64,000 nucleotides of DNA from assembly GCF_963853765.1 (NCBI RefSeq), contig NC_088858.1:3286001-3350000 (forward strand), read 5' to 3'. This document shows positions 34,601 through 47,100 of the stretch, in pieces (positions within the stretch are counted from its first letter, which is position 1; each line of letters begins with the position of its first letter). Under the pieces are notes generated by a model that saw only the letters and a program-made list of their open reading frames with translations, did not search any database and had not been told where the DNA came from. This DNA is from Magallana gigas (lineage: Eukaryota). Both the position numbers and the translations under genes were made by a program.

Positions 34601-36407
34601 GAATATTTTCTATTTTGCAAACTATATAATTTTTTTTTTATATGTCCATTTGGCCAATGCATATATATATTATCAATGTCGTATTTTGTAAACTGTTTAT
34701 AATGACCATATATACCGGTATGTAGAAGAATAAATCGTTCTTAAGAATTTTCCCCTGTCAAATTAAATATTAAATCTTCCAGACTTATTCCAAACAGAGT
34801 AATTGTAAATATATATCAAATAGTGTTGATATACAGTATAAAAATAGCAATAACAAAAAGAAAATTAATTAATAAATCTTCCATACTATTTGATAAAGTT
34901 TATTTATTGATTTTTTAATAATATTGATTTTATAATAATAATCTCCATAAATATATTAAATAAGAAATGCCTAGACTAAACATTGTTTTATGAAGTGTCC
35001 TTAGTATAATTTTGAAAGAGATATACGTATATTAAATAATTTAAATAATATTGGTGTTGTATATATGTGTTTTCTCTATATTTTCTATGACTTTTATATT
35101 ACAATATACACCATATAATTAAGTTAAAGAGAAATAGATGATAAAGATCACAACAGCATAATTATCTATATATACAAGATATATACTACATAATTAATTA
35201 AGAAAACCTTGCAAGTTATATGAACATTATACATAATTAAGTGAAATCACGGAAAATTGGCAAAAAATGATTTCACTCCAATGACAATGACATGACAAAT
35301 GTTCATAAAAGCATTAAGAAAGCAATGTAAGTAATCATATGTTAAAATTTTACATAACTAAGTAAAATCACGGATATATATCAATGAAATGGCTAAAAAT
35401 GCCTTCACTACACAAATGTTTATAAAAGGCATTATAGTCTGTCCCAAGTTATTGCTTCCATCACTTTTTGATGATTTTTAATAAAAATACAGATACCTGT
35501 AAAAGAAATACAATTGAAATCGATGAAAGGGAATATATCCAAGATATCTTCATTGAACAATTATCCCTTTTCACTCATTAAATTTCACAGGAACGAAAAC
35601 AATTTTCTTACGGAGATTTATAATGGGAAATGTTTACATCTTTTCTCCATTCGGAATACACTCGGAATACATCGCGCAATTTTTTAACGCTATCATCTGG
35701 GCTTATTAATGGCTGATGCAATGCTAAATCTCCGTAGACTTTCAATTTTGGGATGTGTATTGAAACCTGAAGCGGTAGAGGGGGCGTTTCAAAACAGATA
35801 ATCTGGACATTTTTCATATTAGCGGATGAACGTTGTTTGAGCACAAAGGTATTTACTATTATTGAAATATCAAGCAAAAAGTGGTGGAAGCAAAAACTCG
35901 GGACAGAGTATAAATAAAGACAGCTCGATTAGGTGAAATCACGATAATTTTAAATTATTCCATAAAACACAACGTGAGCAATTATGTGTGGTTTGCTTAG
36001 ATCGATAAATACAGGTAATCCTTGATCGTTAATAATACTTATATAATATATTGAGATGGGGCGAAACCACTCGGCGCGAACAAGTGATCGGAGCGAAACC
36101 ACCCGTTACCGAACACAACATCCAGAAAATGGGACTCGGTGTGACCCGATTCAGCGATTGCCCTCATACGTTTTGAACACCCTACATTATTAAATACAAG
36201 TGTGTAAGGCCTATGTACCTTTTAGTAGGTCCAAAATTATGCTAACCAGCTGCTAACATATCAACATTCTCACCTCCTTTCGTTTCTTCTTCTTTTCCTT
36301 TCCTTTTGCTGATTTACGCTAAAATGTCAAAGATCATATAACAGAAACTTATACAGATACATGATTATTAATAGGCAATCTTGTGTTGTGATTGATCTTA
36401 CCCCCAT
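28672..36407 (-). CDS. NAA40: N-alpha-acetyltransferase 40 (NatD, histone H4/H2A N-terminal acetyltransferase), 241 aa
   Basis: Minus-strand exons 36407-36402 (ATG GGG), 36318-36274, 34013-33963, 33612-33560, 33065-32970, 30424-30263, 29579-29496, 29243-29166, 28822-28672. Total 726 nt, all GT-AG. Peptide [59 protein letters not shown]...[28 protein letters not shown]...[43 protein letters not shown] contains the GNAT acetyl-CoA motif RRKGLG. Confidence 0.96.
30060..30220. repeat. 161-bp near-perfect foldback palindrome
   Basis: Arms TAAGCATTAAATCATTATTTTTTGAAAGATATAGTCTCATAACTG... and ...CAGTTATGAGACTATATCTTTCAAAAAATAATGATTCAATGCTTA; centre CGCGCTAGCGCG at 30134-30145. Confidence 0.92.
30626..32881. 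mobile_element. TTAA-flanked Kolobok-like element interrupted by a HINE
   Basis: TTAA|GGTAGCTCCA at the left end, TGGATCTACT|TTAA at the right end (reverse complement AGTAGATCCA); about 700 bp once 31051-32609 is removed. Confidence 0.55.
31051..32609 (+). mobile_element. Helentron-type HINE with a central higher-order tandem array
   Basis: TT|AACTTGAG start; about 3.3 copies of a 436-440-bp unit (GGCGTGCACT at 31091, 31527, 31967, 32407), each made of three roughly 146-bp TGACCTTGA..AGGTCAAGGTCA subunits; (AAGAAGAAT)n at 32503-32563; terminal 14-bp-stem hairpin TATGTCTCCCCTTT-G-AAAGGGGAGACATA (32580-32608), then TT. Confidence 0.88.
34057..36110. mobile_element. 2.05-kb non-autonomous TIR DNA element with an 8-bp TSD in NAA40 intron 2
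   Basis: TIR core CGGGTGGTTTCGCTCCGATC(G/A)CTTGTTCGC..(T/C)GAGTGGTTTCGC at both ends, with internal GGTTTCGC subterminal repeats; exact TSD GAACACAA at 34049-34056 and 36111-36118. Confidence 0.85.
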
Positions 36408-38176
36408 GTCTAAGATTAATGTATCTTTGAAGATTTGTGGGTTTTTTGTGGAGAAAAACAGGTGCGACAAGTTGCTTTCCCGCGAATACTGTGTATGTGT
36501 TAAAACCGGAATGGTAAAGACTGTAGATTTCCGAGAAAAAAAACAGACGCAAAAAAAAAAAAAATTTAAAAAAATTATATAATAAATGTTTGAAATACTC
36601 CATTTCCGTACATACCAATATATGATGTATAATATTGTTACTTGATTGTAGCATTTATGATAACCTAATTTGCAGATAACAATATTTTTTTTTACAAAAC
36701 TGATCTCTCAGTTTTTTGGACAATGTGAAAAAATATTGAAAGTTAATATAAAGACAAAATACGAGAGGTTTATTTTTGTTAGCTTTTTAACAATTACGAC
36801 ATATTGGTCATTTTTAGACTCTTTTAATTCTAAGAGCTGTGTATAAAGATAAAGAAAATGATGGAATCTCCAAGCTGAAATAGTTTGATTTTTGAGTTTG
36901 AGTTTTACGGGGGGGGGGGGGGGGGGTTACGGGGGGGGGGGGGAGCTTCCGTAATCACAAATCGGGAGCTCAAAACTTTGACCTTATGCAAATTGGGGGT
37001 GGGGGGGGGGGGGGTCTATCACCCCCTTCTAGATCTGCACATACGGGATAGGATTTAACATGTTTTTATAAGTTTTGGTGAAGTTTTGTTTTTTGTCAAG
37101 TAAAGATTGTTAAACGGAGGTATAGGTCCGTCCATGGTAGTCTAGATCACCAAGTATACCCCTGTCCTTTACTTTTATCAATACTGCCAATGTATAAATA
37201 ATGTTTGCATAATAGTTTAATAACATGTATACTTCCATGGCATTTTCAAATTATTCTCAGTAGTAAAAATCAAAATATTTAAATTTTGTGCCCTAACAGA
37301 CACGAAATTGTGGGCGGATGGGGGGTCGAACATCTATATCACCACCCCAATTATCTGGGGAAAAAATGGTTTCTGTTGTTTATTTTTCTTGTAGATTTTT
37401 CCTTGTCTGCCTACCGATGAATTTTCAATCTCAATCACAAAAACATGGTTCTATTACAATTATTTACTACAAGATCTTGAGTTGTGCACACTTTGAAAAA
37501 TAGAATCAGAGGTCTGGGCAAATACACGAACAAATAGAGACTTCACTTGCATGTATTAAAAATGAGTGCTTTACTTCATTAAATTTGAGTTTGAATTTCA
37601 AATATACCACAGCTCCTCTTATTATGTGCAGAATATTGACTGTCTCAACAACATGCAGGCGACCAATCTCAACCGGCAGACTATCACCCTTAGGCCCAAG
37701 CCTAATTCTCGGTCTGATTTAAGTTCTTGAGAAGTCTCCAAAACTTTTTTCAACAATTCACTTTATTTCTCGATAAGAAGTAGAAAATCGATTTCGTCGG
37801 CAAGTGCCTAATTAGTTCATCCACTCTATTAATCCATTTTATTGTTAATCTGTTTAATTAAGATAATCCATTTCAACACACTCTGCAAAAAGTTGCAATT
37901 CAAACAATATGGAGATTAAAATACCCGGCATTAAAACCTCTGGTTCGGTGCATGCCGAGTTGAGTGTGTAGCGATGTTAGATTGGGCGGCTCGTTGTGTC
38001 TTGGTTTTAGGTAATCTCTTGTGATCAGTAGATGTCGACAGTCTTGTGAACAAAGACGTTTGTGCAGAAACTGTTGACAGATTGTCATAGTTGTCCTGTC
38101 GTCACACACAACTAGTGCTTGGTAACGACGACCTGAGAGAAAACGGGAAACTGCGGACCTGACAGAAGACAAGAGG

Positions 38177-41100
38177 ATGCTCAGAACGGAACTTAGCCTT
38201 CCCCCGATCTACGGGGCTACAAGGTAAGGACCACTTGCTGTTTTGTTTTTAAATTCATTTGTGGTTGTATCATATGGTTGTATCATGAGCAACAATATAA
38301 CTAGGTTTATTTACTAGTATGTGTACATGACTTAAAAGTTAATATGCAAAATAAAACACAGATTACTATAGCCATACCAGACAACACCATCGATAGCTGA
38401 AGAATATCATGCGACTGGAACTCTACTCCAGTAAACCATCGTATATCAAATTTAAGTAATCATTTAGATAATGTTAAAGATAAAGCATTCTACTTTGATA
38501 TTGTAGAATTTAAGATATTTCGAAAATGGAAAAATTGGCCACACATTGCTGTGAAATGACAGTCGTTTATGACACATACCGCAACTTTCAATATCGACCC
38601 ATTTCAAGTAAAATTTAACGAACAAGTGAAACATTACGTGTATTGGATGTCCAGAAAGATGATAATTTTAAAAGAATTTTGTACGACAGAAGTTGTAACA
38701 TTTTTATATTAGGGTTGGTCGGGTTAATGTTATTAACATAATACGTATTGATTATCAAAAGCTGATTATGACATTGGGTTAGCGTTAACTAATTCATTAT
38801 TGAGACATAAACAATTCAGTAATTATTTAGAATGACCCGAGATGCTCTTTTATCGTCTATATCGTGTTCAAGACAGGAAAGGAAGGGAATATGGGCGGTG
38901 GTAGTGGGGGGGGGGGGGGTAGCATGAAGAGACTGAGCTTCTTCGAGGTGACGAGAATATTTGTATATTATTGTTATTTTCAAGTCACAGTCTAGCCATG
39001 CGCGGATCCAGAATTTTTTCCGGGGGGAAGGGGGGGGATCCGAAGGATAATTCTGTTTGCCTGGGAGGGGGGGGGGGGGGGTCCGAGGCATATTTGCGAT
39101 AATTTTACTATGTAAATTTGATAAATTTTCATTTTCCGGGGGGGGGGGTCGGGACCCCCCTCTAGATCCTCGCATGCTAGCATTAATCTTATGTGATGTT
39201 CTAATCATGTTATGGACTCATGTATTTCGGGTTAAAGAAACGCAAAGTGAGAAGAGATTTATTTACAATATACTCCATAAACGCTTGACAACAGAGCTTG
39301 CTACATTTGGTAAATCTGTCAGCACTCTGAGGCGGGCAGTGATTTTTAAGATTGAGACAATGCTTCCGCTGACTGGAATGGTCGTCACATTAGTCGGCTT
39401 TGTCGGAGATGGTGCCCCCGTGAATGGACTTGATGGGGTTTAATCTCTGTGGGTCATCTGCAGACGTTCAACAACATTATACCATTGAGAAATGTGGGCC
39501 AGACGACGGGCGGGCATAAAACACAACAATCACATCGTCAACATGCCGCAGCCATAAATCTCCAAACATGACACAGGAATGTTTGCTCAATTTTATAACC
39601 TTTTTACAATATAATGAATCTCAAACAAGACTAAGTATAAAACTGAGCTGACGAGACTCTGTATCTCAATATAGAGAGTTACCTTTCTTTCATCTCATAT
39701 GAGGTACATGAAACGAGACTTACCAGGTACCAAATTTGAGCGGATCTATATATAAAGGTTGGAGGGGGTGGGGTGGATGGTTCGAAAAATTCAAACTTAT
39801 TGAATTCCCACGGTAAAATTGCAGATAATAGGCTCAGACCCCCACCATCCTCCCCCCTAGCAAACCCAGTTATCCCACGGACCCCATCCGGAAATTTCTT
39901 TGATCCTCGCATGAATACTAAATACTAAAAAGTATATTTTTCGAACTTGACTGCAAATATTTTGCAAAGATTTACATGCTCATGGTAACGTTATGCATTT
40001 TCTCAAAATGTTTTTTTAAAGTTTTCTTCAGCTTTTAAAAAATGTAATATTTGATTGATCTTTATCTAATAAAATATGATTTCATGCACTACAGAAAAAC
40101 CGATATATTAATGATTATCTTACCTAAATCATTCTGGTAATTTTTTTTCCTCAGAAAAACTATATTTTATTTTCTTCTTTTTTTGAAAGGGGGGGGGGGG
40201 TAAAAAAACAAAATGAGGTCAACATCAGATGGATTTGGTTTGGCAACCTATGAAATATTCGCTCTGAAAATCAAGTGTTACCTAAGAGATACATAATCAA
40301 TCGATTATTTTTTACAAGTATTATCCAATATAAGTCGTTTCATAACTACTGCAGGGTGTATGGACAATATCTGTGTAATTATCAATTGCTGAGCATGTTT
40401 CCTCATTGTGTTTAAACGGCTAGTTAGACATGGGCATTATATATTATATTGACATCCACTGAGCACTTCTCTTTTATTTTTTTTCAAAGAAATTCCACTT
40501 TGCTCTTACAACTTTTGACAAAACCGAATCATGATCTTACTAGTTTAAATCAATTTGTCTGCGCATAATTTATACAAGTATATATACCTTTGCACCTTAA
40601 ACTGTTTATAACCGCCTTTAAGAGGGCTCGGTGGTATCTAGACTATATTAATCTCCTTGAAATAAAGAGCGGTGTATAAAACAATGTAGGAAAATATTTA
40701 CACTTAAAAGCTATACTATTTTGAGGTTTTTCTTTACTCAGTCTGACACAGGTAATGACTTAAATACAGCTTTTTCTGCGCTAGATCTGATGACAATTTG
40801 TTGAGCATCCATGCAGCCTCCCTAACACATTATCTAGCAGTGGTCAGTTTGTCAACTGACAACGTTTAATCAAATAGAAACCTATAATGAAGTATGTCTT
40901 ATGTTATTCTGAGGCTAACTGTACAATGGATTATTTGGGGATAATTTGAAACTTCACTACATTCGGTAGAGAGCATGGACTGAAAAGACAAGACATCCAT
41001 TTAGGTTGTAATAACCTTCCATATATGGAAGAACTGGCTGTTCCTTGTATTGCGACGTCATGGTCCACAATAAAGATTTTCTACGTATTGTTAATCAATT

Positions 41101-44100
41101 TATAAGAATTTTCGAACAGAGATCCAGAAAGAGATGTTAATAGAACCAGCAAAATGCTATCTACTGTAATTCTTACTGTATACTAGTATTGCTAATAAGG
41201 AATCAATCATTTTATTACCAGTAACCTGTCAATCTGATTGATTAACCTTTTGTGATGGGTTATGTAATTTTTTCTGCAATGCTCCCTACCTTCATACTCA
41301 CATGAACCACCACCAAAGAAAGTATTTCACAGTTTAGTAAGGCTTTTTAAAGTTAAACTTGATTGTTACGGAGTTGGATTCTTATTTTGAATTTAGGTTC
41401 GTAAGCTTCCTTTTTATTAACGTTTTTTGAAATTTTAGATCGGAACATACACATGGGATAAAACAGATTATCTACAATTTCCAATTGCCCCCAATATATC
41501 TTATTTATATTTTAAACAGGTGCACATGGTTTAAACCTACTTGGAACGAACCCCTTTCAATTTCCAAGCACAAAGTAAACTTCTCAATTAAACCAGATAA
41601 AAACTTTTAAAATATTTCAATCCATCTTACTTACACAATGTGTACTGTAACAGTTAATCATATAATTAAGGTGGACTTTAAAAGCTATAGGACCGTCGTT
41701 AATTCAAACATTTAAATTTCTCCCGTCAAACGTGTAAGCTTGGAACAGTTTTCTTTTCACTGCATTGTAAATCAGCTCTTTACCCCGCTGAGGCTTACGG
41801 AGCGGTTTAAAGTCTTTGACGTATTTGCTCTGTGTATAATCGTTGGAATTGCAGTCCTTTGGAGCAGCCGTGTACCCATTGTGGATTACTTCTGTTCTAT
41901 TGATATCTGAATCTATTACATTTCCGGTCTGTATCCAGGGTAACCGCTTACCCTTCCCTGACCGGAAGAGACACAAACTGATTCAGACCTTTTCTCCGTG
42001 TTTGATGTCATTCATTGAGTGAAAGTGTTTCTTCTCTAATGATCATTTGACACATTTGTTCAAAATGCCCGGACATAGAAGACCATATACTTCTTTAGAG
42101 GGATATGACGTGTAAGTATCTCGATAGTGTTTCTATGGCAACTTATTTCTATAGTTAAACGGAAGGTTTAATCTTAAAAGAATACTGTTGCTTATTTTAA
42201 AAGAAATCTTAAAATTCACTCGACTTACAGCGAAAATACAGACTGTTTTGACTTGTCACATACTAGTAATTGACAAATTATTTATTAAATTGCTTATATT
42301 TATTAGTTTTCTTTCATAAATATTCAAGTCTGAGCAATTTTTATGTCAAGGACACACATTAGTAGACGAATGATCAGGGACTTAATCTGATATGATCGCC
42401 AGATAGATATCTTTTTAAATATTGAAATTAATATCTATATTGATCACTGGGCTGCTTGAGTCTGCGCTATTTAAACTTCTTAAAATTCAGAGGTTCGTGT
42501 TCTAATTACTCCATGATAAAACCGCGGCCTTCGTTCAGGGGCAAGTTTTAACCCAACATTTATAATGAAGAATTCAGTCTTACAGATTGATTTTTTGATC
42601 TTTAAGAACTCAATCTTTTCACTTCTTTAGGAAACCTAAGGCTCAGACATGACTGGTGTGTTAAAGGTTCATTCATTGTGTCTTAGGCACTTCCACGGTT
42701 GCGTAATAGATTACATACACTTATTGCGCTAATACTCTTATTCCATTCATTCTGTGGAAACAGAATGTGTCCAAATACTGAAACAATCTTTTAAAATTAT
42801 CTCGTTTTCAATTTTATCTAATTGATTAATTGAATATTTCCCGATTGATTTAGGAGCTGCCAGCCAGGCGAGCGAATGGCGTGCGATAGGGCTTATTCAC
42901 GCCAATGCATTATGCCGATATTCGCATTGAAACGCGCGGGAGACAAAGATGTATTTCAATACCTTATCCTATAGACAGGTATACGGACATTGATACTTGA
43001 AATAGAATTCAACTCCGAGGCGAGTGTCATTGATTTGTAGAAGGAATTTAACACCTAAGTCAATATTGCACCTTCCATTGTTCGATGGTACCGATTCCTG
43101 AGTTGCCAACATCCGATATTCTCATTGATATACCGGTATATCTGCTGGTTATACTTTAAGATACTCAGAATCATCTCAAATTTGATTGTTTTGTGAACAA
43201 TGTAAACAGTATTGGTCAGTTGTACGATAGTTTTTTTCCTCTTAAGCAGGTAGCATCGTTTTCCAATTGGCTTGTATTTATTTATTTTACTCTATATTAA
43301 TATCAGAAAAAGTACATTTAAAAAGAAAGTTAGGGTGTGTGTGTGTGGGTGTGGGGGGGGGGGGGGGGGGGGGTAGGACAGGCAGTCTTTTGCTAAACAT
43401 AGTCACATTAAAGTTTTTGGCATAAATCTAATCGGTCCACTGTAAAGTCTGTCTTTTGGAAGCGACACCTAAATTGAGTTCAGTTCATTCTTACCTCAAT
43501 TTTCTCCATACACTGTATAACACTATACACTGTATAACACTATACACTGTATAACACTATACACTGTATAACACTATACACTGTATAACACTATACACTG
43601 TATAACACTATACACTGTATAACAATTACTGGAGCTTTGATATAACGTAAAATATTATAAGGATTTAATGGATTGGAAAGTGGCGCTGGTATTACCCCGT
43701 CCTTGGTATTATTTAGGTTTGTAAATAAATTAAAAAAATCTTTTATGTAGCTCTATTCTGTTGATTTAATTGAATTTATATATTGCTCAATTCTGCGAAG
43801 GCTTACAAACCCTTGAATAAGGCAAATAAGTGGCAGTTTTCAATTTTTAGAGAGAGATAACGTCATTCTAAATCATGTGATGCCAAAGGATTCACCAGTT
43901 TAAAAACAGCGGCAATTCCTTAAGTTTATCATCAGACGATAAACACTGTTTTTGATATAGTTAAGACAACTTTTTCACCCAGAAAAAACAGTCAAAACAA
44001 TGATTAATGACAACAAATTATTCCACGCTTTGTGTAAATAATGGTTCTATTTAATGACAAATGTCCTTTGGTTGACTGATTGTCAATCTGTTTAGATGAC

Positions 44101-47100
44101 AGTTCTGTATAGGTCTTACTTTCATGTTTATAAAATACCAATTTATAATGGGCCCAAGGTTTGGTTCTTTTTGATAAAGAAATACACAAAAATATTAATT
44201 GTATTGAAAATTACCATGCCTTGAATGATGGTTAATTTGATCTTACAATGGTTATGAAAAAACCCACATTGATTTAGAGCTTTGATGCTTGTCCTGTCAT
44301 ATTTAATGCAATTTTGTGGCAAAAGCATGCCTGGGAAACATTAAGATAATGAGTATAAAAATAGTTGAAAATGCTCTCTGTAGAACCATGCAACTTTCTG
44401 CATAAGAAACACATTAATAACTGCTGTTTAGTTTACTCAAAAGAATACCAGGTAACACGAATTGTAGAACCATTGTTCAGATAAGAATTACTAGTACTTG
44501 TCCAGTTTACGTTCTAGCTCTAAACATTAGGGTTTTTTCTCCGTAGTTGTTTCTCTTTTCAGTGACTTAAGGTTTGCATGTAAGATTGCCATAAATATAG
44601 AGAAGATCTCCAAACTTCAGGAAAATCCACTGAACAGTCGCTGTAACATTACCTGTGCACTACCTCTTTAGTAGACGGGTAGACAAGTCTTTGAAATAAA
44701 TGCGTAGTTTCCCTGGAGAAAAAAGGAAATATGTTGAATTATTTATTTGTTGTGAATACACAACAGATATCTAACTACACACTGTTAAGACTTGTCCAAG
44801 TTTTTGTCAAGTTTCAGTCGAACTAGTATCATGACGTTTTTTGTGGGTGCCCCAGAAAAATAGACAATTTCACAAAATCTGTGGTAATGCAGCGACCTGA
44901 ACGACACGGCACGCCCAGAAACGTCGTCTGGCTGGACACGTCTAATCTGGACATCGTGCTCCGCAGACGCCGGACGCCGCGTCACTTCAGTGGCAGGTGC
45001 GTGTCCGAGTCAGTGGAACGTTTATGTCCGAGTCAGTGGTTTCTGAGGTCAAAGGGCGGTTTATATCAGTGTCCGAGGTCATGAATAGGTCCGGTAGAAG
45101 TGGAAAAAAAATTGTCAGTGTCAAAAAGCAGGGCTTTTTTCGAGTCATTGGTATCTGAGGTTTGTGTTAGTGGGTCAAAGGAATGTCAGATTCATAAGAA
45201 TGTTTATGTCAGTGGCCGAGGTCAAAGAAACGTTTGGTTAAGTGTGAGAGGAAGGTTTGTTTCAAAGCCAACGGAAGATTTATGTTTCTTATTTGTGAAT
45301 GAGTTCTTGACTGTGGTTGAGTTTCGCTAGGAATGAGTTGGATATGTATGTCGAGTTTAAACATCTAACGTATGTAAATGTATATATGTACGTATATAAC
45401 GTGGCTTTACTTTTCCTACTTGAGCGTCTGTTTGTCTGTTCAACAGGTACCCCTCCGATGTGTACCAGACCAATGATTATGACGATGGGATGATGTATCC
45501 CCCCGCGAATGAAGGACCCTACTCTGGTCGATACACCCCTATGAAGGAGGGTCGGGGAACTCCCCTCAGAAGGTCAAACACAGTGGTGCTGGGGTCAAGG
45601 CCATCCTCAAGGATAAATCTAGGAACACAGGTAAGGCTACTCACAGGTATTGTGTACTACATTCGCTCAGACAAGGCTTCTCACAGGTACTTGTGTACTA
45701 CATTCGCTCAGACAATTTCCTTACCTCTATTCTTTCTATAAGTGTATTGATTACAATGTATATCAACAAATTCGAGTAGAATATTCCCTTTATTGTTCAT
45801 CAGTAGAATATGTCAATAATCTTGTAAACTTGGTAAAACATTTTTGAAGGATACATTTATTTTAATGTGTAAATTATTTTATATCATTGTGCTTTCACGG
45901 GACAATTTAGGATAACGTTCAGAGGGTAAGTTGAAAAGTAACAACAAAATATAGATCAAACAGGAAATGATAGCATATCATCTAATGACATCATACAATG
46001 TGGTATTATTAGAAGTATACCACATGGCATCATAATGGTATACCACTTCAAACACTTTGCAATTTATGTACAGCAAATGAGAGGAAAGCGATATTTAAAC
46101 TTACAAAGAATTAAAGGCATTCAACCACAAAAAAAAAGTGAAAGTGAAAAATGACTTTTTTAAAAACCTCTTGGTAATCAATATAAAATGTTGCTTCTCA
46201 TGAAACATTATTTGCAGTAAAGGTTTGCTTTAAAAGTCTTAACCATTGCATGCAGTTGACATGTTGACATAAACTGTAGCTTAACTTTATCGTGTGTGAT
46301 CTTGTTTCTTTGTTTACTTTAGGTATATTACTATTAATCTAATGATCACGAGGCAATTTGCATGCATTAAAATAAAGGTCTTGAAATAACATTCCTCATT
46401 CTTTAAGAAGCGTTTCTTCCTTTACAAGGCCGTACACTAGCGTAAGAAATCTTTATATGCTGACTGTTAGTAAAGTATGGCCCCAAAAAGACACGGGCCA
46501 TTTTATCGATATGATAATTAGATCTTTAATCTGTTTTATTGATTGTGTTGAATTATTTGTGCAGTACGGGGACTACCTACGGCCGGTAAACAGTCTATGT
46601 AGCACCACCAACAGATGCCTTACCATCCAAGGGCACCTGCCAACGCTCGCTATCAAACAATCTAAACGTCTTATCGTATTTGATCAAAATTAAAAATTAA
46701 GCAACGCTGCACTTTTAAGTTAAAGGTCTCTGGAAACTTGTAAGGCAACTGTTGGTGTAGGTTCGTTTGTATGACGAACGGAAGGTGGCGGATCGTGTAC
46801 TAAGCTTAGGTCGAGAGAAAACTTGTAGAAATTGGAACGTTTGTAAATAGGCTAGAAGCGATGGATGGGAGTGTTGCCTTAAATCAAAATCTAACAGTTG
46901 TCATGTATGTAACGTGTATATTAAAATTATATACATGTATATGTATTACAGACTAATTCTTTACTTAAAATCTTCTAACTGAATGATACTTCATGTATTA
47001 ATAATGGAAATGGTCAACATATTTAAATCAATGTAGTGGTATGAAATGTTATGTATGAATAGGATGTGTTTTAAAAGAAAATGAAATCAAGAAAGAAAAG

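Noticed and set aside
39057-39560. 128-aa plus-strand ORF and GC-richer patch
   Set aside because: The 5' half is MITE poly-G sequence; the rest has no usable splice signals or recognisable homology.
41704-41976. 90-aa minus-strand ORF
   Set aside because: It has a non-ATG start, a stop just upstream and no family match. It probably overlaps the promoter or 5' UTR of exon 42065.
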